A DNA stretch of 32,000 nt from Deferrisomatales bacterium. GTDB lineage: Bacteria; Desulfobacterota; Deferrisomatia; Deferrisomatales; Deferrisomataceae. Numbering within the stretch: the stretch's first letter is position 1; each line of letters begins with the position of its first letter. The stretch lies in NCBI GenBank assembly GCA_024277875.1, contig JAJRUI010000107.1:1-32000 (forward strand). The letters run 5' to 3'. The notes under the pieces were generated by a model. The model had not been told where the DNA came from. It ran no database searches and saw only the letters and a list, made by a program, of their open reading frames with translations. Positions 1-7,728 of this stretch are shown here, one piece after another. Position numbers and translations under genes: made by a program.

Positions 1-1
1 G

Positions 2-1321
2 GAGTACTGGAACCCGATCTTGGAGTGTCTGGAGGAGGAGCGGCTGCGTGAGCTGCAGTTGCGGAAGTTCCGGCAGGTGGTGTCGTGGGTGTGGGAGCGC
101 AGCGGGCTGTACCGCCGGAAGTACGAGGCGGCGGGAGTGACCCCGGCAGACATCCGGACGTGGGAGGACGTGTCGCGGGTGCCGCTGCTGACCAAGGACG
201 ACTACCGGTGCCAGGGTGTGGAGCCGTTTCCGTACGGGGAGACGCTGTGCGTGCCCCTGGAAGAGGTGACGGAGTTCCACCAGACGAGTGGGACGACGGG
301 CACGCCGGTGTACCAGCCGGACACGTGGTCGGACTGGGAGTGGTGGAGCGAGTGCTGGGCGACGATCCTGTGGGCCCAGGGGTTCCGGCCGACGGACCGG
401 GTGTTTTTGCCGTTCGGCTACAACATCTTCGTGGCGTACTGGGCGGGGCACTACGCGGGGGAGAAGATCGGGTGCGAGATGGTGCCCGGGGGTGTGCTGG
501 GCACGCGCGAGCGGCTGATGAAGATGCGCGAACTGAAGGTAAACGCGTTCATGGCGACGCCGACCTACGTGCTGGGGATGGCGGAGACGGCGCGAAACGA
601 GATCGGGTCGGACCCGCGGGAGTGGGGGATCGAGCGGATCCTGTGCGCCGGGGAGCCGGGAGCGCTGGTGGCGAGCACCAAGAAGCGGATGGAACAGGCG
701 TGGGGGTGCCCGGTGTACGACCACGTGGGAGCGACCGAGGTGGGGGCGTGGTCGTTCGAGTGCCGGCACCAGCCTGGGGGTCTGCACGTGAACGAGGGGA
801 TGTTCCTGGTGGAACTGCTGGGGCTGGAGGACGACGAGCCGGTGACGGAGGCGGGGGTGCCGGGCCGGATCGTGATCACGTCGTTCGATCGGCAGGCGCA
901 GCCGTGCGTGCGGTTCGACACCAAGGACGTGTCCATGTGGGCCGAGGACACCTGCGAGTGTGGGCGCACCTGGCGGATTCTCGACCGGGGTGTCCACGGG
1001 CGTGTGGACCACATCACGAAGGTCAAGGGGGTGCTGTTTTCCCCGGTGACGGTAGAGGAGGTGGTGCGCTCGTTCGACGAGTTGCAAGGGGAGTTCGAGA
1101 TCGTGGTGGAGAAGCGCGGCGACCTGGACCACATCTCGTTGAAGGTGGAGGTGCCGGAGGGGCTGGGCGAGGAGGGCCAGAAGGACCTGCTGGGGCGGCT
1201 TTCGAGCGCGCTTCGGTGGAAGACGCAGCTGAACATCGCGCTCGAGCCGGTGGGGCTGGGGACGTTGCCGCGCTACCAGGTGAAGGCGGAGCGGTTCCAC
1301 GACCTGAGGAGCAAGCCATGA
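2..1321 (+). CDS. PaaK / coenzyme F390 synthetase-family aryl-CoA ligase (phenylacetate-CoA-ligase-like), 5' end cut by the window edge
   Basis: The frame stays open back to base 2 (EYWNPILECLEEERLRELQL...), so the TTG at 20 in the ORF track is not the true start. Motifs seen: QTSGTTGTPV (AMP-binding P-loop), ATPTY, GEPG, HVGATE. The size of about 430 aa is typical of PaaK rather than a 520-aa benzoate-CoA ligase. Substrate cannot be derived. Confidence 0.85.
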   Translation, partial: EYWNPILECLEEERLRELQLRKFRQVVSWVWERSGLYRRKYEAAGVTPADIRTWEDVSRVPLLTKDDYRCQGVEPFPYGETLCVPLEEVTEFHQTSGTTGTPVYQPDTWSDWEWWSECWATILWAQGFRPTDRVFLPFGYNIFVAYWAGHYAGEKIGCEMVPGGVLGTRERLMKMRELKVNAFMATPTYVLGMAETARNEIGSDPREWGIERILCAGEPGALVASTKKRMEQAWGCPVYDHVGATEVGAWSFECRHQPGGLHVNEGMFLVELLGLEDDEPVTEAGVPGRIVITSFDRQAQPCVRFDTKDVSMWAEDTCECGRTWRILDRGVHGRVDHITKVKGVLFSPVTVEEVVRSFDELQGEFEIVVEKRGDLDHISLKVEVPEGLGEEGQKDLLGRLSSALRWKTQLNIALEPVGLGTLPRYQVKAERFHDLRSKP

Positions 1322-1542
1322 GCAGGGACGGGCGGGCCGGGGAGATCCGGCGGGCGCTGGAGGACGTAGCCCGGGCGCTGGAGACCCTGGAGAGGGCCGG
1401 TGGGGGGATCCCGGCGGTGGAGAAGAACGCGACGCGGATGCGGGGGACGTTGCGACAGCTGGAAGTCCAGTTCCGGGACCTCGACGGCGGGGCGCCCGAT
1501 CCTTCCCCAACCCGCAGGACGGAAGAGAAGGAGGAACCATGA
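1318..1542 (+). CDS. Small hypothetical protein (74 aa), translationally coupled on both sides
   Basis: The ATG at 1318 overlaps the ligase stop (ATGA), and its own stop overlaps the ATG of the next gene at 1539 (ATGA). Third-position G/C is high. The acidic C-terminus (EEKEEP) is encoded by the AAGGAGGA ribosome-binding site of the next gene. No recognisable family. Confidence 0.45.
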   Translation: MSRDGRAGEIRRALEDVARALETLERAGGGIPAVEKNATRMRGTLRQLEVQFRDLDGGAPDPSPTRRTEEKEEP

Positions 1543-2495
1543 CGAACCGCACTGCACGTTCCATCCGTGTCGCCGTGGCCGCTGGCCTGTTGTCCGTGCT
1601 GGCAGCCGCGGCCCCGTGCTGGGCCGGAGGAGGCCAGCACTACCCGAACGGGGCCGAGGACTTCGTGGTGGGGGCCCTGCCGCCGCCCGGCCTGTACCTG
1701 AAGAACTACATGCTCTACGCCAGCAAAGACGAGCTCCGGGACAACGACGGCGACAAGGCCGGCGTGGACTTCGACGCCACGGTGATCGCCGACATCCCCC
1801 GGATCATCTGGGTCAGCCCGTACAAGTTCCTCGGGGGCTCCTGGGCCATGCACGCGTTCTTGCCGCTGTACAAGACCGACGTGTCCGTGGACGCGCCGGA
1901 CGGAACCGAACTCGTGGACTCGGACTCGTCGGGCCTGGGGGACATCATCTTCAGCCCGTTCGTGCTGGGCTGGCACTTCGGCCCGTCGTTCCACGTGGTG
2001 TTCGCCCTGGACATGTTCGCGCCCACGGGGAACTACGACAAGAAGGAGGCGGCCAGCCAGATCCTGTCCAGGAACAACTGGACGTTCGAGCCCGTGCTCG
2101 CCATGACCTACCTGGCGGGGCCCATGGACTTTTCGATCAAGCTGATGTACGACTTCAACACGACCAACGACGAGTACCTCAACCCGGCAACCGGCGAGAC
2201 CGTGGACCTCGAGCCCGGCCAGGAGTTCCACTTCGACTGGGCCATGGGGTACGCGTTCCTGAACAGCTTCCGGGCCGGCGCCACCGGTTTCTTCTACTGG
2301 CAGACCACGGACGACAAGATCGACGGCGAAACCGTGGACGACAACCGCTCCGCCCTGGCCGCCATCGGGCCGGCCCTCAAATGGTGGCCGGACAAGGGGC
2401 GGTTCAGCGCCACGGCCAAGTACCTGTGGGAGTACAACGGCAAGAACATGCCCCAGGGCGAGAGCGCCTGGCTGAACATCATCTGGGCGTTCTGA
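1539..2495 (+). CDS. Outer-membrane beta-barrel channel of the MetA-pathway-of-phenol-degradation family (putative aromatic/hydrophobic substrate uptake)
   Basis: AAGGAGGA lies 5 nt before the ATG. A signal peptide is present (MTNRTARSIRVAVAAGLLSVLAAAAPCWA/GGG). The family-typical N-terminus HYPNGAEDF..G.LPPPGLY is present, the sequence has alternating aromatic-rich strands, and it ends in a C-terminal Phe (NIIWAF). Confidence 0.8.
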   Translation: MTNRTARSIRVAVAAGLLSVLAAAAPCWAGGGQHYPNGAEDFVVGALPPPGLYLKNYMLYASKDELRDNDGDKAGVDFDATVIADIPRIIWVSPYKFLGGSWAMHAFLPLYKTDVSVDAPDGTELVDSDSSGLGDIIFSPFVLGWHFGPSFHVVFALDMFAPTGNYDKKEAASQILSRNNWTFEPVLAMTYLAGPMDFSIKLMYDFNTTNDEYLNPATGETVDLEPGQEFHFDWAMGYAFLNSFRAGATGFFYWQTTDDKIDGETVDDNRSALAAIGPALKWWPDKGRFSATAKYLWEYNGKNMPQGESAWLNIIWAF

Positions 2496-2531
2496 ACGAA
2501 AACCCTTCGGGGACGGGCAGGAGCAGCAGGC

Positions 2532-2564
2532 GAGGCGGGGCCTGACCAAAGGCCCCGCCTCTTT
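2532..2564. terminator. Bidirectional intrinsic terminator between convergent genes
   Basis: GAGGCGGGGCC (2532-2542), loop tgaccaaa, GGCCCCGCCTC (2551-2561), followed by TTT. It sits between the stop at 2495 (+) and the stop at 2580 (-). Confidence 0.65.
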
Positions 2565-2579
2565 CCACGCCGCGGTGCC

Positions 2580-4016
2580 TCACCGGCCGGGGGCGTCCTC
2601 GCCGGAGAGTCCCCCGGCGGCGGGCAGGTAGTCCCGGCGCTGCAACCGGTACCGGCCCATCTTGCGCTCCACGGTCCGCCGGGACAGGCCGGAAGCCCGG
2701 GCCACCCGGTTGATCCGGCCGCCGAACTTGCGCAGCTGGTTGTCCAGGTAGGCCCGCTCGAACCGCTCCACCACCTGTTCCACCGCCTCGGGCAGGGGCA
2801 GGTCCAGCCCCGGCGGGTCCCCGGACACCTCCTCGAACAGGTCCGGGCCCAGGGCCTCTTTCAGGTGGCCCGGCCGGAGCACCTTGCCGCGGCCCATCAC
2901 CACCGCGCTCTCGATGATGTTCTCGAGTTCGCGCACGTTGCCGGGGTAGTCGTAGCGCTGGAGCAGGAGGGCGGCCTTGGGGTCGATGTCGGTGAACCGC
3001 TTGCCGTACTTCTCCGAGTACCGGGCCAGGAACGCGTGGGCCAGCAGCAGGATGTCCTCCCGCCGTTCCCTGAGGGGCGGGATCTCGATGTGCACCACGT
3101 GGAGGCGGTAGTACAGGTCCTGGCGGAACGCGCCCTTCTGCACCTCGTCGAGCAGGTTCTTGTTGGTCGCGGTCACGATCCGCACGCCCACCTCACGGGA
3201 ACGGGTCTCGCCCACCCGGGTGATCCGTCCCTCCTGGAGCACCCGCAGCAGCTTGACCTGGAGGCGGGGTTCCATCTCGCCGATCTCGTCCAGGAACAGG
3301 GTTCCCCCGGAGGCCGCCTCGAAGTAGCCGGTGCGTTCGGCGTGGGCGCCGGTGAACGCGCCCCGGGCGTGGCCGAACAGCTCGGTCTCCAGGAGGTCCG
3401 AGGGGATCGCGCCGCAGTTCACCGGCAGGAACGGGCCGTCGGCCCGGGGCGACTCGGTGTGGATCGCCCGGGCGAACAGTTCCTTGCCGGTGCCCGACTC
3501 CCCCTCGAGCAGGACGGTGGCGTCGGTGCGCCCGGCCCGGCGCACCCGCTCGAACAGCCGCTGCATGCCCGGGCTCCGGCCGAGGATGCGGTCCTGGAAG
3601 CCGCCCGCCCGCTCCCTGCGCAGGGACCGGACCTCGTCCTTGAGCCCCTTGACCTCCAGGGCCCGGCGCACGGCGTACAGGATCTCGTCGGGCAGCAGGG
3701 GTTTTCGCAGGTAGTCGAACGCGCCGAGCTTCATCACCTCGATCACCGAGTCCACCGACGCGTGGGCCGTGATCACCACGATCTCGGTCTCCGGGTGTTC
3801 GTCCTTGATCAGGCGCACCAGGTGCTCGCCGCCCCGGCCGGACATCACGAGATCGGTGATCACCAGGTCCGGCGGCGGCCCGTGTAGCTGGCCCTCGGCC
3901 TCCTCCACCGACCGGGCGCACCGGACGTCGTATCCTTCCACCGCCAGCACCCGGCGGACCAGCTCCAGCATGCCCGGCTCGTCGTCCACCACCAGGATGC
4001 TCTGGGGTCTTGCCAT
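2580..4016 (-). CDS. NtrC-family sigma54-dependent response regulator (receiver + AAA+ + HTH), 478 aa
   Basis: The start was moved to the ATG at 4016 (AAGGAG lies 6 nt upstream). The receiver domain begins there (MARPQSILVVDDEPGML..DLVITDLVMSG). Other motifs: Walker A GESGTGKE, the sigma54-contact loop GAFTGA, ESELFGH-like ETELFGH, and a C-terminal Fis-type HTH (RINRVARASGLSRRTVERKM). Confidence 0.9.
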   Translation of the reverse strand: MARPQSILVVDDEPGMLELVRRVLAVEGYDVRCARSVEEAEGQLHGPPPDLVITDLVMSGRGGEHLVRLIKDEHPETEIVVITAHASVDSVIEVMKLGAFDYLRKPLLPDEILYAVRRALEVKGLKDEVRSLRRERAGGFQDRILGRSPGMQRLFERVRRAGRTDATVLLEGESGTGKELFARAIHTESPRADGPFLPVNCGAIPSDLLETELFGHARGAFTGAHAERTGYFEAASGGTLFLDEIGEMEPRLQVKLLRVLQEGRITRVGETRSREVGVRIVTATNKNLLDEVQKGAFRQDLYYRLHVVHIEIPPLRERREDILLLAHAFLARYSEKYGKRFTDIDPKAALLLQRYDYPGNVRELENIIESAVVMGRGKVLRPGHLKEALGPDLFEEVSGDPPGLDLPLPEAVEQVVERFERAYLDNQLRKFGGRINRVARASGLSRRTVERKMGRYRLQRRDYLPAAGGLSGEDAPGR

Positions 4017-4027
4017 GACCGACTCCT

Positions 4028-5164
4028 TCACCACGACTCGAACCGGTACGGGATCGGCACCCCGTCCAGGCGAACCCGCGCTCCCGTGTTGTCCACCGGG
4101 ACCACCACGGCCTGGTCCGCGACCGCGGCAGCGTCCCAGGTGCCCCACCGTTTCCACACCTCGGGCCGGCAGCTCAGGGCGAACACGGCCGGCCCCACCG
4201 AACTCATCGAGACCACCTCGGCGCCCTGGTCCCGCAGTTCGCCGATCACCCGGTAGATCTCCCGCCCGTGGTCGCCGTGCAGCTCGCATTCGGCCCGCTT
4301 GGACCCGATCCCCGAAAGGTCGAACACCACGTCCCCGACCCCGGCCAGATCGCCCCGGGCCATGGCCGGCAGCAGGTCCAGGAGCACCCGGTACGCCTTG
4401 GCCGGCCCGTCCCGTTCGTCCAGAGCCCGGGCCCGGTTGAGCAGGGTGTCCGCCTCCACAGCGCCAGAGGTGACCGCCGGCCCGGTGTGGGGCAGCAGCA
4501 GCAGGGCCCGGGTCTCGGGGGGCAGGGCGATCCGGCTGACCAGTTCGCAGCGGTCCGAAGCAACGACCATGCCGCCGTGGATACCGGCCATGGCGCCCAC
4601 GTTGGTCTCGAACCCGGGCACGAGGCGGGTGCAGTCCCCGGGGAGTTCCTCGCAGTAGTTGTGGGCGATCAGCTTCCGGAGGTCCCGGACCGACAGGGGG
4701 CGGCCGCACACCTCGTTCAGGGCCACGGCCACGGCCGTGATCGTCCCCACCGAGGAGCCGAGGCCCATGTGCCTGCGACCGTGGTCCTGGACCTCGACCT
4801 CCAGCCCCCCCTCGGGCCGTGCCACGGCGTGGAACAGGTGGCCGAAGTGCTGGGCGATCGCCCTGCGGGTTCCCCGTGCCCGGACCCCGGGCTCCGGAGA
4901 CACCTCGACCCGTGCCCGGCAGTACAGGGCCACGGCGAACCCGATGCCGCCGCCGCCGGGCAGCCCGACCCGGAACCGGGTCATGTCCAGCACGGACGCG
5001 TGGAGCCGGCTGGGGATCTCGACCTCGCACACCGATCCCACCGCGACGGGTTCCCGGGGCCGGACCCTTCCCCCCCACCGGTCGGGAAACACGAACCGGG
5101 TGGCGTCTCCGGGCCGGAACGGGTGCAGGCCCGCACCGGCGCCTCGGGGGGGGGCGGTGTCCAT
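4028..5164 (-). CDS. GHMP-kinase-superfamily protein resembling beta-ribofuranosyl(amino/hydroxy)benzene 5'-phosphate (beta-RFAP) synthase
   Basis: EIPSRLHASVLDM....GGGGIGFAV parallels the TPSRIHMGLIDLNG...DGGIGLAL N-terminus of archaeal MJ1427-type enzymes (recalled). The GHMP phosphate-binding motif HMGLGSSVGTITAVAVAL is present. The gene ends 11 nt before the sigma54 regulator gene on the same strand. The ATG at 5164 was chosen as start (GAGGAG 10 nt upstream, and GC drops upstream of it). A later GTG start cannot be excluded. Confidence 0.65.
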   Translation of the reverse strand: MDTAPPRGAGAGLHPFRPGDATRFVFPDRWGGRVRPREPVAVGSVCEVEIPSRLHASVLDMTRFRVGLPGGGGIGFAVALYCRARVEVSPEPGVRARGTRRAIAQHFGHLFHAVARPEGGLEVEVQDHGRRHMGLGSSVGTITAVAVALNEVCGRPLSVRDLRKLIAHNYCEELPGDCTRLVPGFETNVGAMAGIHGGMVVASDRCELVSRIALPPETRALLLLPHTGPAVTSGAVEADTLLNRARALDERDGPAKAYRVLLDLLPAMARGDLAGVGDVVFDLSGIGSKRAECELHGDHGREIYRVIGELRDQGAEVVSMSSVGPAVFALSCRPEVWKRWGTWDAAAVADQAVVVPVDNTGARVRLDGVPIPYRFESW

Positions 5165-5360
5165 GGATGGGCGTCTCCTCGGTGCACCCTCGCCGGGGGG
5201 GTGCAACTTGGGTAACGGTGTTCTACAATGCCCGAAAAGACCTCTCCGAAAGCGGGACGGGGTTGCGAGGAATGCGACATCGTTGACGTAGTATAGTGAT
5301 CTTCCGGTTTGCAACGGCGGGAAGATCTGGCGTTTCGTGTTGCGGGAAGAGGATATCACG

Positions 5361-6521
5361 ATGGCCGGGCAGTATCAAAACAAGATTTTGGAAGAACGAG
5401 GTAGGGGGAGCCCGTGCGACGCCTTTGTCGCATTGATGGAGGGCACGGGGGACGGGGTGTACCTGGCCGACCTGTCTGGCCGGATCCAGCGGATCAACGC
5501 GGCCGCCGAGATCCTAACCGGTGCCACGGCCGGCTCTGCCCGGGGCCGGGCGTGCCACGAGTTCCTCGGTTGTACGGACCGGTCGGGTTGCCCGGTCCAC
5601 CGCCTAGCCGAGGGCGGGGTGTGGGTGGAGTCGGTGTGCCGGGGGGTCCGGACCGACGGCCAGCCCCTCACCCTGCGGTTGCGGGCGCGGGTGGTCAGCG
5701 ACGCCGTGGGCCGGCCCACCGGGCACCTGGCGGTGTTCTCCGAGGCGTCCCTCCAGGAGAGCCTCCAGCGCAAGATCGTGGTGTACGAGCGGCTGGCCAG
5801 CCTGGGGGAGCTGGCCACGTCCCTGGTGCACGAGGTGGGAAACCCGATCTCGGTGATCCTGGGGTTCGCCCGCCTGCTGGACCAGCAGGGCGGGCAGGAT
5901 CCCGGCGGCGAGCTGCGCGCCCGGATCTTCCAGGAGGCCGAGCGGTGCGGGAAGATCGTGGGCCAGCTCCTGAACTACGCCCGGTCGTCGTCGTTCGACG
6001 AGCCCCCCGGGCCCCTGGGGCTGCAGGGCGTGGTGGACGAGGTCCTGGACCTCCTGAGCTACCGGCTCCGCCGCCGGCAGGTGACGGCCGAGGTGGCGTG
6101 GGACCCGGAAGCGGCGTGGGTCCGGGCCGGGACCGGGGAGATGAAACAGGTGTTCCTGAACCTGTTCCTGAACGCCCTGGACGCGTCCGAGCCCGGGGGA
6201 ACGGTCCGGATCGTGGGGCGGCGCCTCTTCCGGGAGGTCACGGTGGGGGGCGGGTCGCTCCTGAGCCCGGTGGCCGAGGTGGTGCGCGACGAGTGGGTCC
6301 AGGTGCGGGTGGAGGACCGGGGGCACGGCCTGGGGGCCGGGGACCCGGAACGGTTCTTCGCACCGTTCGCCACCACCAAGGAGGCCGGGGGCGGGCTCGG
6401 CCTCACCGTGTGCCGCCGGATCGTCGAGGAGCTGGGCGGGGCGATCCGGCTCGAGGACAACCCCGGCGGCGGGGCGGTCGCGGTGGTGGAGCTGCCCGCG
6501 TGCCCGCCGGACACCGCGTGA
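5361..6521 (+). CDS. Soluble PAS-domain sensor histidine kinase (NtrB-like), 386 aa
   Basis: The ATG at 5361 is preceded by GGAAGAGGA 7 nt upstream. No hydrophobic transmembrane segment is present. The PAS core GDGVYLADLSGRIQRINAAAEILTG is followed by the Cys/His cluster CHEFLGCTDRSGCPVH. The H-box is SLVHEVGNPIS, the N-box is FLNLFLNALDA, and G-boxes are DRGHGL and GGGLGLTV. Confidence 0.85.
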   Translation: MAGQYQNKILEERGRGSPCDAFVALMEGTGDGVYLADLSGRIQRINAAAEILTGATAGSARGRACHEFLGCTDRSGCPVHRLAEGGVWVESVCRGVRTDGQPLTLRLRARVVSDAVGRPTGHLAVFSEASLQESLQRKIVVYERLASLGELATSLVHEVGNPISVILGFARLLDQQGGQDPGGELRARIFQEAERCGKIVGQLLNYARSSSFDEPPGPLGLQGVVDEVLDLLSYRLRRRQVTAEVAWDPEAAWVRAGTGEMKQVFLNLFLNALDASEPGGTVRIVGRRLFREVTVGGGSLLSPVAEVVRDEWVQVRVEDRGHGLGAGDPERFFAPFATTKEAGGGLGLTVCRRIVEELGGAIRLEDNPGGGAVAVVELPACPPDTA

Positions 6522-6533
6522 CCCGGGCTTACG

Positions 6534-7091
6534 CTACGGGTTCTCCCGGCGCCACAGTTCGTACCGGTACAGCGCGGCCAGCACCAGGCCGTGGGTGATC
6601 TCGCCGCCGGCGACCCGGTCCTGGAGTTCGTCCACGGGCACCAGCACCACCTCGAGGTCTTCGCCGGCGTCCGGGCTGGGTTCGGCCACCCGGCGGCAAC
6701 CCAGGGCCAGGTAGGTGTGGCACCGGTTGGTCTGGAACGCGGGCTGGGGGTGGACCCACCCGAGGGGTACGAGTTCGTCAGGCGCGTAACCGGTCTCCTC
6801 CAGCAGTTCCCGCCGGACCGACTCGGCCGGGTCCCGGTCGTCGGCGTCCACCATGCCGCCGGGGATCTCCAGGGTGAGCTGGCGGAGGCCGTGCCGGTAC
6901 TGGCGGACCAGCACCGCGTCGCCGTCCCGGGTGACCGGGACCACGTTGACCCAGTCCGGGGTTTCCAGGACGATGAACGCGTGCTCTTCGCCGGTTCGCG
7001 GGCTGACCGCCCGGTCCCGGCGCACGGCAAAGATCCGGTGGTCTGCCACGGGCGTGGAGCAGACCACCGGCCACGGTCTGGGCGCGGGCAT
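6534..7091 (-). CDS. NUDIX hydrolase (ADP-ribose pyrophosphatase-like), 185 aa
   Basis: The ATG at 7091 has AAGGAGG 7 nt upstream. The Nudix box is GGMVDADDRDPAESVRRELLEETGY. Confidence 0.85.
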   Translation of the reverse strand: MPAPRPWPVVCSTPVADHRIFAVRRDRAVSPRTGEEHAFIVLETPDWVNVVPVTRDGDAVLVRQYRHGLRQLTLEIPGGMVDADDRDPAESVRRELLEETGYAPDELVPLGWVHPQPAFQTNRCHTYLALGCRRVAEPSPDAGEDLEVVLVPVDELQDRVAGGEITHGLVLAALYRYELWRRENP

Positions 7092-7175
7092 GGCAACGCC
7101 TCCTTTCGGGGGCGCACTGTAACAGCGCCGTTCGGCCCGGCGCAACCCGGCCGGAACGGCCGAGGGAAGGGGGCG

Positions 7176-7721
7176 ATGGAGATCCACCTGAGCATCCACG
7201 AGTCCAGGGAGGGATGGGTCAGCTTAGAGACCGATCCCCGTCTGTCCAGGACCAAGGAGCGCCTGTACGACCGGTGTCTTCCGTGCCTGACAGACCTCCT
7301 CGAGCAACTGAAGACCTGGCCCCGGGAGATCCGCCTGACCCACGCGTGGTCGTGCTGGAAGGTCGTGGCCGTGGTGGAGAGCCGGGACGAGGGGCTCGCC
7401 GTGCTCCACCGGTTCTCCGAGGCGTACCCGGACGCGTACGTGTACGGCAAGCTGGGCACGGGCCGGGGCCGGGACACGGTGGCCGTGATGTTCCACACCG
7501 AGGACGAGGACCGGCGGGACGAACTGGAGGCGATGCTGCGCAGCGTGGTGGACCGGCACTTCCCGGGGCGGCGGGTGTTCAGCTCCCGGGGGTGCGGCGA
7601 CCCCTACGAGCGGCTTCTCGGCCCGTGGCCCCGGTGGCGCCGGACCGCCAGGATCCGCCGTCCAGAAGCCGTGGACGCGGTGCGGCGCGACCTGCGGGCG
7701 GCGCTGTACGGCAGGGGCTGA
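7176..7721 (+). CDS. Hypothetical protein, 181 aa
   Basis: The ATG at 7176 follows a G-rich stretch (GAGGGAAGGGGG). Third-position G/C is strong throughout. The gene is divergent from the NUDIX gene and convergent with ubiX (7-nt gap). No family recognised. Confidence 0.55.
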   Translation: MEIHLSIHESREGWVSLETDPRLSRTKERLYDRCLPCLTDLLEQLKTWPREIRLTHAWSCWKVVAVVESRDEGLAVLHRFSEAYPDAYVYGKLGTGRGRDTVAVMFHTEDEDRRDELEAMLRSVVDRHFPGRRVFSSRGCGDPYERLLGPWPRWRRTARIRRPEAVDAVRRDLRAALYGRG

Positions 7722-7728
7722 CGGGGAC

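Noticed and set aside
85-2549. 485-aa plus-strand (85-1542), 508-aa minus-strand (1023-2549) and 381-aa plus-strand (1400-2545) ORFs
   Set aside because: They are alternative-frame or antisense to the PaaK-like and porin genes. Only the last 74 codons of the 85-1542 frame, from the ATG at 1318, were kept as a possible small gene.
4017-5078. 354-aa N-terminal extension of the sigma54 regulator (832-aa ORF, 2580-5078)
   Set aside because: The extension is Gly/Arg/Pro-rich and overlaps the GHMP gene in another frame. The receiver domain begins exactly at the Met at 4016, which has an AAGGAG site.
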